Assembly (NCBI GenBank): GCA_031416075.1
Contig: JANOSY010000087.1
Coordinates: 22,977-86,976 of the forward strand
Length of the DNA: 64,000 nt
Source of the DNA: Candidatus Tenderia sp.
GTDB lineage: Bacteria > Pseudomonadota > Gammaproteobacteria > Tenderiales > Tenderiaceae
Direction of reading: 5' to 3'
How positions within the stretch are numbered: position 1 is the stretch's first letter; the number at the start of each line of letters is the position of its first letter. Shown here piece after piece: positions 37,600 through 47,713 of the stretch. A program made the translations under genes and the position numbers. Below the pieces are notes generated by a model. That model did not search any database and was not told the origin of the DNA. It saw nothing but the letters and a program-made list of their open reading frames with translations.

Positions 37600-38649
37600 A
37601 TGATTGAATATAAAACTGGCGATATTTTGCGAGAGGATGCCGAGGCCATTATCAACACCGTGAACTGTGTTGGCGTGATGGGGCGCGGCATCGCGCTGCA
37701 ATTCAAAAATGCCTTTCCGCAGAACTTCAAGGCCTATGCCGTTGCGTGCAAGAATGAGGAGGTGCAGCCCGGGCGGATGTTCGTGTTTGAGACCGGGCAA
37801 CTGACCAATCCGCGCTACATTATCAATTTCCCGACCAAACGACATTGGCGCGGCAAGAGTCGAATGGAGGATATTGAGGCTGGCTTGAAGAATTTTGTTG
37901 AGGTTATTCATAAATGCAATATTCGTTCAGTCGCTATTCCACCTCTCGGTAGTGGCCTAGGTGGTCTCGACTGGTCAGAGGTTAGGCCGCGCATCGAGGA
38001 AGCAATGCGGCCACTTACTGATGTGCGCGTCATTATTTATGAACCCAAAGGTGCGCCCGCTATCGAGAAGATGGTGCATAACCGCGAGGTGCCAACCATG
38101 ACCGCCGGGCGTGCTGCGCTCGTGGAGTTGATGAACCGCTATCTCGGAGGCTTGCTTGATCCCTCTGTCACCCTGCTGGAAGTACACAAGCTCATGTATT
38201 TCATGCAGGAGGCTGGCGAACCGCTACGACTCAAATACCAGAAAGCGTCTTATGGCCCCTATGCCGAAAACCTGCGCCATGTGCTGCACGCCATTGAGGG
38301 GCATCTTGTTTCGGGCTATGCGGATGGCGGTGATGCGCCGGACAAGCAACTCAAACTGGTGCCGGGGGCTATAGAGGATGCTACTGCCTTCCTGCAACAG
38401 CATCCGGAAACCCGCGCTCGTTTTGACAAGGTGGCGGCGCTGGTTGAAGGGTTCGAATCTCCCTTTGGCTTGGAGCTTTTGTCCACTGTTTATTGGGTGA
38501 TGAAAAACGAGACTGTGAAGTCTGTGGATAATGTGGTTAACCATACTCACGCCTGGGGTGAGCGTAAGCGAAGATTCACACCACGCCAGATTGCGCTTGC
38601 AGTAAATATGCTGGAGAAAAATAGTTGGGTGACTCCGCTGAATGTGTGA
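37600..38649 (+). CDS. darG: DarG macrodomain antitoxin
   Basis: GDIL, NTVNCVGVMGRGIALQFK, INFPTKRHW, PPLGSGLGGLDW; C-terminal HKLMYFMQ, YGPYA, LELLSTV; SD AAGGAG. Confidence 0.93.
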   Translation: MIEYKTGDILREDAEAIINTVNCVGVMGRGIALQFKNAFPQNFKAYAVACKNEEVQPGRMFVFETGQLTNPRYIINFPTKRHWRGKSRMEDIEAGLKNFVEVIHKCNIRSVAIPPLGSGLGGLDWSEVRPRIEEAMRPLTDVRVIIYEPKGAPAIEKMVHNREVPTMTAGRAALVELMNRYLGGLLDPSVTLLEVHKLMYFMQEAGEPLRLKYQKASYGPYAENLRHVLHAIEGHLVSGYADGGDAPDKQLKLVPGAIEDATAFLQQHPETRARFDKVAALVEGFESPFGLELLSTVYWVMKNETVKSVDNVVNHTHAWGERKRRFTPRQIALAVNMLEKNSWVTPLNV

Positions 38650-38718
38650 TGGGGCAGTGTTTTACGGGTTGTACGATGAAAAGGAAGTCATTCAATATAG
38701 CGCCGGGTTCCTGTGTGC

Positions 38719-38899
38719 TATTAGCCTCATGTCGCAATTGATGGGTACGCTGATAGGGGTGGCGATCGCCTTTGTTGGTGGGCTGGTCGTCTACGGCATC
38801 CTCAAAAAAATGGTTGGACTGCGGCTGACCCAAGAGGAGGAGTACCAAGGGGCCGATTTGAGTATCCACAAGATTGCGGCAACGCCGCAGCGTGACTAG
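38719..38899 (+). pseudogene. Direct repeat copy 2: orphan 3' fragment of amt
   Basis: Encodes ISLMSQLMGTLIGVAIAFVGG...AATPQRD*, nearly identical to the Amt C-terminus; followed by hairpin GCGGGGC/GCCCCGC at 38912-38931. Confidence 0.92.
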
Positions 38900-38971
38900 T
38901 CTCTCTGGGCGGCGGGGCTACTCGGCCCCGCACTGCCCCCCTTGTAGCAATGAGTGACGGACTCTTCTGCC

Positions 38972-39526
38972 ATGAAAATCATCCTCATGCGTCATGGCGA
39001 GCCGCTTCTGGCCCACACGGGTTGGATTACAGCGGCACAGATGGGGCGTTGGATCGAGCAGTACAACCAGGCCGTGGTGGCAGCCGATAGCGCGCCACCT
39101 ATCAATGTGAGTTTGGCCAGCGCTGTCACCACCATTGTCGTCAGCACCACACCACGGGCTGTATCGTCAGCAGCGGCGTTGGGGTGTGACGCTGCGATTG
39201 CCGATGCCCTCTTTTGCGAAGCACAACTACCGTTTGCACAGTGGCGTTTTTTGCGTCTGCCTGCTGTTGTCTGGACGGCATTTTTCCGGTTGTTATGGTT
39301 CTGCGGTTACTCATGTGGCGCTGACTCAATCCAGACAACTAAGGTCCGCGCCAAGGCCGCTGCCCAAAAACTGATGGCACTGGCGGAAAAAGGCCCCGTA
39401 CTGCTGGTGGGGCACGGCATTATGAATCGTTTGATAGCCAGGGAGTTGGTTGCCACGGATTGGGTGGCAACCGCCAATCTTAAAAATAGCTATTGGAGCG
39501 CCACTATCTATAGCCCTAAAAAATGA
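38972..39526 (+). CDS. Histidine phosphatase family protein
   Basis: IILMRHG, ST..RA..SA, LLVGHGIMN. Confidence 0.85.
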   Translation: MKIILMRHGEPLLAHTGWITAAQMGRWIEQYNQAVVAADSAPPINVSLASAVTTIVVSTTPRAVSSAAALGCDAAIADALFCEAQLPFAQWRFLRLPAVVWTAFFRLLWFCGYSCGADSIQTTKVRAKAAAQKLMALAEKGPVLLVGHGIMNRLIARELVATDWVATANLKNSYWSATIYSPKK

Positions 39527-39628
39527 CGTTTTTGTTTTTGAATGAAGATGAAACATGAATAACGATGCGGCTCATTAAAACTGCCCCTGATGTTCCTTAA
39601 TGGTGTCGTCTAAAGCGCCTGCTGTTGG

Positions 39629-39829
39629 ATCGGCTGCACCATAGAGATAGTTTCATTGGCCTTTACAGGTTGCATCCCTGCACCAGCGCGTACCCACCCA
39701 ACATTCTCTTTGCCAAAAGGCTCCTTCCAGAATAGGCGTGTATTTGAATGCCCAGCGGTTGAGGCTGGAGTGGTTGGTGTTAACGCCACGCGCCTCCATC
39801 ATCTCTTCCAGATGCGGGCAGCTAAATGG
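39629..39829 (-). mobile_element. Degenerate IS6-family transposase fragment
   Basis: Minus strand reads PFSCPHLEEMMEARGVNTNHSSLNRWAFKYTPILEGAF..RDATCKGQ*NYLYGAAD, resembling IS6 Tnp (LSYRxLEEMMxERGVxVDHSTxxRW..DETYxKVKGxWxYLYRAVD); internal stop. Confidence 0.85.
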
Positions 39830-39954
39830 GTTTTGTTGACACAGCTTAGGAGATAAAAATAAATGTTAATAAAAGTGATGGGGCGGCCGATGCAAGGGCT
39901 TACATTTGAAAACAACATGTGAAGTATTAATTTTATTTAACAAGGACCATAAAC

Positions 39955-41880
39955 ATGTCTGAAGCCGCGCTTAAAGGTGTTATCCCTAAAAATTTTAAGC
40001 CCATCACAAACCGTGATCTCTCTAATCTTGACGTGGACAAGTCGGCGGTAGCGGCACTGGCCCAGGGTGCCGTCAATGTGGAAAATTTCACAATCCCACT
40101 CTATCTGTGCGCCATGTCATCAATTCACGGCACCCATAAAATCAGCAATCCGCTTGCAAAAGGGCGTCTTTGGGCGGGCATGTCGACGACACCTACACCT
40201 CTTGGCACAGTGCTTACGCCTAATCAAGAGGCGTACAATACTATGTTTAGTGTGTTCATCCAGGAGATGTTGCATTTGCAATTGGCGGCTAACCTGGCCG
40301 CGGTGCTGGGCGTCACACCTAAGTTTTTTACAGGTTCTCTTTTGGAAAACAGTGCGGGTGGCTGGGGCTGTTATGGGCCGACTAACACCGTAATCCCCCA
40401 TATCCTCGATCTGACCGATACCAAGACTTACGCCTCGGTCAACGTGGACATTGGTGAGCTGAGTCAGGAGCAGATCAATCTATTTCTGGCCATTGAGCAA
40501 TCACATGATGCCGCTCTTGCAGATATTAATCCTGACGCGCGCGACAAATATTTCCCGGCCGTTCCTTTTGTTAACTGGGCAAGTGCAAATACAGAAAAAA
40601 ATCTGCCATTATTTGGCACCATCGGTTGGATGTATAACTGTTTGCTCAAATACCTCACCATTGAGTACAGCGATGGGGAGACCTTATGGACAAAAATGTT
40701 CGACGCTACAAATTTAAGCAAGCAGCGGGATGTGTTTAACGGGATGACGAAATACCACAATCCTGAATATCCTCGTATGCCTACACAGATTAGTGCATCT
40801 GATCCTTCACTGGCGATTATTCAGGCGATAGACATGATCAGGGGTATTTCCGATCAAGGCGAAGGCGGCATCAAAAACGCCCTTAAGGGTTTTCGCCTCT
40901 ATTTTCAGGAGCGCGTCGGGGCTGTCATTGTTGATAACAAAACAGCCTTTATCGATCACGTGGCAACCAATGATGTTCAGTTGCAGTTTCAACCAGATAA
41001 AGTCGCGCTAGCCATCGATTATCCTGACTCCGGCGACGCTGATGCACGTGCTACCGGAGATGAGATTGACCATTGGAAGCGCTTCAATAACTTAACCGAT
41101 GTGATCGCTACAGATGGATTCATGACCTTTACGCAATGGTTTGCAGCGGGCAATACCTGGACAGGGGCTGATCTTAAAACCAGTGACTATGTTCCCAATC
41201 CTGCTTTACCTACGCCGACGGCTGTCGCCAACGCCCTTAATGGGTTGAAAACCAGTTCTAAAGATCTGCTGAATAGTCTTATTGTAGGTGCTGTCAATGG
41301 CATCAATAGCGCGCTTACCCTCTCCTGGGGCGATAGTACCAAAGCGTTCCCCAATCAGGCGATGAGGGCATCAGGAGATCGCATGTCGTTGTACTGGGCA
41401 GTGATGGGTGCTGCCCCGGATCTTTCTGCGGCTCTTCCGGCCCCCACCACTACAGACGAATATCACGCTTGTCAGGGGTTGAGCATCAGCAACCCCGGCA
41501 ACAACTGTGCAGATATCTCTGCCTTCCATACCTGTTCCGGTTCTAATTTACACAAGGGACAGGGTGGGTGCGGCTATCCAGTTAAAAATGCGACTGGGAA
41601 CTATATTGCCCCCAGCGACAATACCTGTGCCCAAAAAGGGGGGTGCGCCGCGCCAATCTCTTCCTGGCAGCTCAATTCGAACGGTGGAACGATGGATGTG
41701 GTGAATATTGATTCCGGTGCACCCATACCGCCGAACACGCTGCCTCTTGCTGCGGGGGGGGGCGTATACGACGCTGCATGGGCCGTTTATTCAGCTATCT
41801 ATGCGAGTAAAAATCCGGGCAGCCCAGCGCCAAGCAAACCCGCGACAAACGATCTGCGTACCGTTATACCGCCGAACTAA
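39955..41880 (+). CDS. Ferritin-like (VioB/RebD-type) domain protein with Cys-rich C-terminal segment; candidate MNIO substrate
   Basis: AVNVENFTIPLYL..MSSI, QEMLHLQLAAN, FLAIE, TIG..Y, DQGEG, H..RF; six-Cys segment HACQG..C..HTCSGSN..KGQGGC..NTCAQKGGC; SD AAGGA; no signal peptide. Confidence 0.8.
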   Translation: MSEAALKGVIPKNFKPITNRDLSNLDVDKSAVAALAQGAVNVENFTIPLYLCAMSSIHGTHKISNPLAKGRLWAGMSTTPTPLGTVLTPNQEAYNTMFSVFIQEMLHLQLAANLAAVLGVTPKFFTGSLLENSAGGWGCYGPTNTVIPHILDLTDTKTYASVNVDIGELSQEQINLFLAIEQSHDAALADINPDARDKYFPAVPFVNWASANTEKNLPLFGTIGWMYNCLLKYLTIEYSDGETLWTKMFDATNLSKQRDVFNGMTKYHNPEYPRMPTQISASDPSLAIIQAIDMIRGISDQGEGGIKNALKGFRLYFQERVGAVIVDNKTAFIDHVATNDVQLQFQPDKVALAIDYPDSGDADARATGDEIDHWKRFNNLTDVIATDGFMTFTQWFAAGNTWTGADLKTSDYVPNPALPTPTAVANALNGLKTSSKDLLNSLIVGAVNGINSALTLSWGDSTKAFPNQAMRASGDRMSLYWAVMGAAPDLSAALPAPTTTDEYHACQGLSISNPGNNCADISAFHTCSGSNLHKGQGGCGYPVKNATGNYIAPSDNTCAQKGGCAAPISSWQLNSNGGTMDVVNIDSGAPIPPNTLPLAAGGGVYDAAWAVYSAIYASKNPGSPAPSKPATNDLRTVIPPN

Positions 41881-41891
41881 TCGCAACCACG

Positions 41892-42857
41892 ATGCAAAAA
41901 AGGAGCCGTTTGGGTCTGCCTAACCTGGGTTTTGGTGTCGGTCTGCGTACACAGCACCTCCCGGACATTTTGTCCGGGGGGCCACGTGTTGACTGGTTCG
42001 AAATCATCTCTGAAAACTTTATGGATAACTCTGGCTACACCAGCAGTGTGGTGGAGCGGCTATCAAAAGATATTCCTATTGTGATGCACGGCGTATCCCT
42101 CTCGATTGGCAGCGAGTCACCCTTGAATCGGGACTATCTGAAGAAGTTGAAAAAACTTGCTGGGCGCGTCAATGCCGCCTGGATATCCGACCATCTGTGC
42201 TGGACAGGATTGGGCAGTCATAACTCCCACGACCTTTTACCACTCCCGTTTAATGAGGCGTCGTTGAAACATGTAACGCAACGGGTGCGAGAGGTTCAGG
42301 AGATTCTTGAACGTCCGCTGATCATAGAAAACCCCAGCAGCTATGTTCAATTCCGCTCTTCCACCATGACTGAATGGGAGTTCATCACGGAGCTGGTTGA
42401 GGCAACCCAGTGCGGATTGTTACTCGATGTGAATAACGTCTATGTCAGCGCCCATAATCACCGTTTTGATGCGGAGCATTACATCCGATCAATACCCCAT
42501 GACCATGTGGTGCAGATCCATCTGGCGGGGCCGACCCTCTGCGAAGAGTATATGGTCGATACTCATGATGCGCCCGTTCCGGCACGTGTTTGGGAGCTCT
42601 ATTCGCTTGCTCAAGCGCTGACTGGGGGTGTTTCCACCCTGCTCGAGTGGGATGCCCAGATACCCAACTACCCCGATCTTCTCGCTGAACTCAACAAAGC
42701 CCGCCATTTAATGTTGAATGGCGTCATGCCCGATACGCCCACATCCACGCCTGTTGTATCAGCCGATAAACAGACGGTGCTTTCCACCCCTATCGATTTT
42801 CAACTGACCAATATCCCCAGTAATGGATATAAAAACTCGTGCAATGGCGCAAAATAA
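41892..42857 (+). CDS. DUF692 multinuclear non-heme iron oxidative enzyme (MNIO)
   Basis: GVGLR..H, DWFEIISENF, HGVSLSIG, SDHLCW, HDLLPLP, ENPSSY, LLDVNNVYVS..N, IHLAG, DTH, LLEWD. Confidence 0.95.
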   Translation: MQKRSRLGLPNLGFGVGLRTQHLPDILSGGPRVDWFEIISENFMDNSGYTSSVVERLSKDIPIVMHGVSLSIGSESPLNRDYLKKLKKLAGRVNAAWISDHLCWTGLGSHNSHDLLPLPFNEASLKHVTQRVREVQEILERPLIIENPSSYVQFRSSTMTEWEFITELVEATQCGLLLDVNNVYVSAHNHRFDAEHYIRSIPHDHVVQIHLAGPTLCEEYMVDTHDAPVPARVWELYSLAQALTGGVSTLLEWDAQIPNYPDLLAELNKARHLMLNGVMPDTPTSTPVVSADKQTVLSTPIDFQLTNIPSNGYKNSCNGAK

Positions 42858-43725
42858 CCATCCGGACTCTCCCGATCTTGCCTCCCTGCAGCGCTGGATG
42901 ATGAGCGCAATCACGGCACCTGAAGGGCTTCCGGACGGCTTGGCACAAGCCCGGAAAACCCACAACTGGACGATCGAGGATGTTATTGAAGTGCCATCGG
43001 GTATCTCACCTCACAGCCGCCTTGATATTTACGCCCAGGGGTATTGGTTACGTCTGTTTGCTTGCCTGAGGGCGGATTATCCGGCGTTGCAACGTTTATT
43101 GGGCGAATCGCTGTTTGAGTTTTTCTGCCGTGCATATCTGAGTAGCCACCCACCCCGCAGCTTTTCACTGTATGAGCTTGGTGACGGATTTGCTCAGTTT
43201 CTTCGCCGCTCTCAAAGTGCGTCGGCTAAAGCGGCAGATGATGGAAGGCTGGTTTTTCCTCTTGATTTGGCGCAGATCGAGTGTGCCATGGCCGCGTCGT
43301 TACGAGCAACGGGGCTTGAAGAGAGTGGCTTTGAAACAGCCGACCCTTTTGACCTGTTACTGGGCGGCAACATTGAGATTGTTCTTCCAGAAACCACTCG
43401 CCTGGTGGTTACCCATCACCCGTTGAGCGCTTTTCAAGCCTTGCTCCGTGGCAGTGTCCCTACCGAACCGCCTGAAACTGGCATCAGTTACCTCTGCGTG
43501 AAACGCTCTTATTATCATGTTTCTTGTGTAGAGCTGACCGACTGGCAGTTTTATTTTCTGTTGGCAGCAAAGGCCAAAACCACAAATCGCTGTCTGCTAA
43601 AGTGCGTTACCGCCGCCGCTCGGCGCACCCACCGTCCACTCCACGACATACTGGCGCAACTTGCCTTATGGCTGCCAATGGCACAGGCAGACAGTTTGCT
43701 CACACTGAACCCTGCGAATAACTAG
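42844..43725 (+). CDS. DUF2063-type MNIO partner protein
   Basis: LQRW, RLDIY..GY..RL..CL..DYPAL..LLG...F, Y...HPPRS..L..LG..F..FL, DLAQIE; overlaps MNIO stop; start 42823 or 42844. Confidence 0.88.
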   Translation: MAQNNHPDSPDLASLQRWMMSAITAPEGLPDGLAQARKTHNWTIEDVIEVPSGISPHSRLDIYAQGYWLRLFACLRADYPALQRLLGESLFEFFCRAYLSSHPPRSFSLYELGDGFAQFLRRSQSASAKAADDGRLVFPLDLAQIECAMAASLRATGLEESGFETADPFDLLLGGNIEIVLPETTRLVVTHHPLSAFQALLRGSVPTEPPETGISYLCVKRSYYHVSCVELTDWQFYFLLAAKAKTTNRCLLKCVTAAARRTHRPLHDILAQLALWLPMAQADSLLTLNPANN

Positions 43726-43854
43726 CCTTTGATTCTGCTTCAACAAACGAAGCGGCCTCTGTTGCGGTGACGGCGCTTGATATGTGCTTTGGCGGCGTAC
43801 TTTCAGAAATGGTATGCTTTGCCCCCTTTTCCCCGCATTAGACCTGAGTTTTTT

Positions 43855-45192
43855 ATGGCCCAGAAACTGTTTATCAAAACCTTCGGTTGTCAGATGAACG
43901 AGTACGACTCCTCCAAGATGGCGGATCTGCTCAATGAATCCCATGGTCTGGAGTTGACCACTGAGGCCGAGCTGGCCGATGTGCTGCTGCTCAATACCTG
44001 CTCGGTGCGTGAAAAGGCGCAGGAGAAGGTCTTCTCGCAGCTGGGGCGGTGGCGCGAGTGGAAGAAAAAGCGGCCTGATCTGGTGATCGGTGTGGGTGGT
44101 TGTGTCGCTAGCCAGGAGGGGGAGGCGATTCGCGTTCGCGCCCCCTATGTGGATGTGATTTTTGGTCCGCAGACGTTGCACCGCTTGCCGGAGTTGCTTC
44201 GTGCGGCGCGCCTTAAGCGGGCACCGGTGATAGATATCTCCTTTCCTGAGATTGAGAAGTTTGACCGCCTGCCCGAGCCACGCGCCGATGGCCCGATGGC
44301 CTATGTTTCGATCATGGAGGGGTGTTCCAAGTATTGTAGTTTCTGTGTGGTGCCTTATACCCGTGGCGAAGAGATCAACCGTCCGTTTGACGATGTGCTG
44401 GCGGAGGTGGCGAAGCTGGCGGCCCAGGGGGTGCGCGAGGTCAATCTGCTGGGGCAGAACGTTAACGCCTATCGCGGCGTGATGCACGACGGCGAGATTG
44501 CTGACCTTGGTCTGCTGATCCACTACGTTGCGGCGATTGAGGGGATTGAGCGGATCCGTTTCACCACCTCCCATCCTATCGAGATGAACGATAGCCTGAT
44601 CCGCGCCTATGCCGAGGTGCCGGAGCTGGTGAGCCACCTGCATTTGCCCATACAGAGCGGCTCTGATCGCATTCTGGCGCTGATGAAACGGGGCCATACG
44701 GCGCTGGAGTACAAGGCGATTGTGCGGCGCTTGCGTGAGGTACGTCCGGATCTGGCGATGTCGTCGGACTTTATTATTGGCTTCCCTGGCGAGACTGACG
44801 CCGATTTTGAGGCGACGATGCAGTTGATTGAGGATGTCGGTTATGACCGTTCGTTCAGCTTTATATATAGTCAGCGTCCCGGTACGCCCGCCTCTTCGCT
44901 GCCGGATGATGTGCCGCTGGCGGCAAAGCAGGCCCGTCTTGCCCGTCTTCAGGCGCGTATTAATGAGATGACGATGGCCATCAGCGAGCAGATGGTGGGC
45001 ACGTTGCAGCGGATTTTGGTGGAGCGGCCCTCAACCCGTGATGCCTCTGAGCTGGCGGGACGGACGGAGAATAGCCGCGTGGTTAATTTTAACTGCCAGG
45101 GTGGCGATGTCACCAAGATGATCGGGCAGTTTGTGACGGTACGCATTACCGAGGCCCAGCCAAACTCGCTTCGTGGTGAGCTTGTTGAATAA
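43855..45192 (+). CDS. miaB: tRNA methylthiotransferase MiaB
   Basis: [28 protein letters not shown] radical SAM motif, TRAM domain. Confidence 0.98.
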   Translation: MAQKLFIKTFGCQMNEYDSSKMADLLNESHGLELTTEAELADVLLLNTCSVREKAQEKVFSQLGRWREWKKKRPDLVIGVGGCVASQEGEAIRVRAPYVDVIFGPQTLHRLPELLRAARLKRAPVIDISFPEIEKFDRLPEPRADGPMAYVSIMEGCSKYCSFCVVPYTRGEEINRPFDDVLAEVAKLAAQGVREVNLLGQNVNAYRGVMHDGEIADLGLLIHYVAAIEGIERIRFTTSHPIEMNDSLIRAYAEVPELVSHLHLPIQSGSDRILALMKRGHTALEYKAIVRRLREVRPDLAMSSDFIIGFPGETDADFEATMQLIEDVGYDRSFSFIYSQRPGTPASSLPDDVPLAAKQARLARLQARINEMTMAISEQMVGTLQRILVERPSTRDASELAGRTENSRVVNFNCQGGDVTKMIGQFVTVRITEAQPNSLRGELVE

Positions 45193-45288
45193 AATCAGCG
45201 GGTTAATGGTAGTCGTGGTGCTTATGGCTAGTCTTTAATGACAGAGTGTGTTTCAATTTCACTCACTCCATACTGACGTATATACATT

Positions 45289-46320
45289 TTGAACGGTCAA
45301 CCGATAACTTCCGATTTTATTCTTGAGCCTGCCGATAACCAGCGCCTGGCCCATCTGTGTGGTCAGTTTGATGACCATTTGCGGCAGATAGAGCAGCGTC
45401 TGGGGGTCGAAGTCAATAACCGTGCTAATGTTTTTCGCATCATCGGCGACGATGAGGCGCGGGTGACTGCGGCCGCCACGGTGATTAAAACCTTGTATGC
45501 GGTGGCTGACCGTGAGCCGGTGACGCCTGAGTCTGTACATCTGTTGCTGCAGCAGTGGCTGGGTGAGCTGGGTGAATCGGTGACCAAGGCAGAGTCTGCG
45601 GTGGTGATCGAGCCAGCCGTGATCAAGACCCGCCATGGTTTTGTGAAGGGGCGCGGTGCTAATCAGGTGCGTTATCTGCAGGCCGTCCGCAGCCATGACT
45701 TGAGTTTTGGTGTTGGCCCCGCCGGGACCGGCAAGACCTATCTGGCGGTGGCTTGTGCGGTTGAAGCGCTGGAGCAGGACAAGGTGCAGCGTATTATTCT
45801 GACCCGTCCGGCGGTGGAGGCGGGTGAACGGCTCGGTTTTCTGCCGGGTGACCTGGTCCAAAAAATAGACCCCTATCTACGGCCGCTCTACGATGCCCTG
45901 CACGAGATGCTCGGCTTTGAGCGGGTAGTGAAGTTGATGGAGCGGCAGGTGATTGAGATTGCGCCGCTTGCCTACATGCGCGGCCGCACCTTGAGCGACG
46001 CCTTTATCATCCTCGATGAGGCGCAGAACACCACCAAAGAGCAGATGAAAATGTTTCTGACCCGCATCGGCTTTAACTCGAAGGCGATAGTCACGGGTGA
46101 TGTCACACAGGTCGATCTGCCCAGCAGCCGCGATTCAGGGTTGCGCCATGTGATTGATATTTTGCGCGATGTAAACGGCATCAGTTTTACCTTTTTCAGT
46201 GCCAAGGATGTGGTGCGCCATCCTCTGGTGCAGCGTATTGTGATGGCGTACGAGACACATGAGGCGGAAGTTGAGGGGAGTGTGACGTCGAGTCAGCCCC
46301 TGGGCAAACGACAATCATGA
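45289..46320 (+). CDS. ybeZ: PhoH-like ATPase
   Basis: [37 protein letters not shown]. Confidence 0.95.
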   Translation: MNGQPITSDFILEPADNQRLAHLCGQFDDHLRQIEQRLGVEVNNRANVFRIIGDDEARVTAAATVIKTLYAVADREPVTPESVHLLLQQWLGELGESVTKAESAVVIEPAVIKTRHGFVKGRGANQVRYLQAVRSHDLSFGVGPAGTGKTYLAVACAVEALEQDKVQRIILTRPAVEAGERLGFLPGDLVQKIDPYLRPLYDALHEMLGFERVVKLMERQVIEIAPLAYMRGRTLSDAFIILDEAQNTTKEQMKMFLTRIGFNSKAIVTGDVTQVDLPSSRDSGLRHVIDILRDVNGISFTFFSAKDVVRHPLVQRIVMAYETHEAEVEGSVTSSQPLGKRQS

Positions 46321-46769
46321 CGGTTGATCTTGATGTTCAGTACGCAACCAAAGGTGGCGTACTGCCGGGTGTTGATACGGTACAGCGCTGGGTGGAGGCG
46401 GCGTTGGCCGGTTTTGTCGAGACGGCGGAGCTGACAGTGCGTATTGTGACCCGCGATGAGATGCAGCAGCTCAATCGTATCTATCGTCATCAGGACAAAC
46501 CGACCAACGTACTCTCCTTTCCATTTGAAGCGCCCCCAGGGGTTGAGTTGCCGCTGTTGGGTGATGTGGTGATCTGTGCCGCGGTGGTGGAGGCGGAGGC
46601 GCTGGAGCAAGGCAAACCGGCTATCTCCCACTGGGCCCACATGGTGGTGCATGGGGTGTTGCATCTGCTCGGTTATGACCATATTGAAGAGGCAGACGCG
46701 GATGAGATGGAAGGGCTTGAGGTTGAGATTTTGGCGCAGTTGAATATCAATAACCCTTATGAAATTTAG
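46317..46769 (+). CDS. ybeY: rRNA maturation endoribonuclease YbeY
   Basis: [22 protein letters not shown]. Confidence 0.96.
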   Translation: MTVDLDVQYATKGGVLPGVDTVQRWVEAALAGFVETAELTVRIVTRDEMQQLNRIYRHQDKPTNVLSFPFEAPPGVELPLLGDVVICAAVVEAEALEQGKPAISHWAHMVVHGVLHLLGYDHIEEADADEMEGLEVEILAQLNINNPYEI

Positions 46770-46814
46770 GTATATGAAGAGCGTGCAAACGAGTAATCAA
46801 AGGATCGAGGAGCA

Positions 46815-47696
46815 ATGAGCGAAGATCGAACGAGCAGTGGTGGTGTTCCACGCTCCTGGCTGGAGCGTTTGACCCATGTGCTGTCGGGGGGGGAGCCGAG
46901 AGATAAGAGTGAACTCCTGGGGCTGTTGCGTGATGCACAGCAGCGTGACCTGCTGGAGGTGGACGCGCTGATGATGATCGAGGGGGTGATGCAGGTCTCC
47001 GAGATGCAGGTGCGCGATATTATGATCCCACGGGCGCAGATGGCGGTGCTGCAGCAGGATGCCACCCTGGATGAGCTGCTGCCGGTGATTACCGAGTCGG
47101 GCCACTCCCGTTTTCCGGTGATCGGTCAGGATATTGATGAGGTGGTGGGGTTGATTCTGGCGAAGGATCTGCTGCCCTATTTTATCGGTGACCGACGTCT
47201 TCAATTCAATGTGCGTGACGTGTTGCGCCCCGCAGTCTTTGTACCGGAGAGCAAACGTCTCAACATTCTGCTCAAGGATTTTCGTGCCAACCGTAACCAT
47301 ATGGCGATTGTGGTGGATGAGTTTGGCAGTGCTGCCGGTCTGGTGACGATTGAGGATGTGGTGGAGCAGATTGTCGGCGAGATCGAGGATGAGCACGATA
47401 TTGATGAAGATATTTTCATCAAAAAGCAGAATGACAACTGTTTTATTATCAAGGCGCTGACGCCCATTGAGGAGTTTAATGACTACTTTAAATGTGACTT
47501 CAGTGATGAGGAGTTCGATACGATTGGCGGTCTGGTGATGCAGGCGTTTAGCCGTATGCCGGAGCGTGGTGAGGAGATTACGATTGGCTGTTACCAGATA
47601 AAGGTATTGAGTGCCGATAGCCGCCGTATCCATCTGCTCGAGGTGAGCCTGGTGGCTGAGGATGTACTCCCGGACGTTGAGGATGAGGATCGCTAG
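46815..47696 (+). CDS. corC: Mg/Co transport-associated protein CorC
   Basis: Tandem CBS (HSRFPV, HMAIVVDEFG) and CorC domain; synteny. Confidence 0.93.
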   Translation: MSEDRTSSGGVPRSWLERLTHVLSGGEPRDKSELLGLLRDAQQRDLLEVDALMMIEGVMQVSEMQVRDIMIPRAQMAVLQQDATLDELLPVITESGHSRFPVIGQDIDEVVGLILAKDLLPYFIGDRRLQFNVRDVLRPAVFVPESKRLNILLKDFRANRNHMAIVVDEFGSAAGLVTIEDVVEQIVGEIEDEHDIDEDIFIKKQNDNCFIIKALTPIEEFNDYFKCDFSDEEFDTIGGLVMQAFSRMPERGEEITIGCYQIKVLSADSRRIHLLEVSLVAEDVLPDVEDEDR

Positions 47697-47713
47697 GGAG
47701 CGATTGGACAACG

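Noticed and set aside
38642-38899. 85-aa ORF as an independent membrane protein
   Set aside because: Its last 60 codons are the duplicated amt end; the front part has no convincing start or SD.
39656-39856. 66-aa ORF as MNIO precursor peptide
   Set aside because: It is the antisense of the IS6 relic, with a TTG start, no signal peptide and no repeated Cys motif.
43755-43767. GCCTCTGTTGCGG as an IS6 end closing a composite transposon around the MNIO operon
   Set aside because: Short imperfect match, oriented outward, with no target duplication found.
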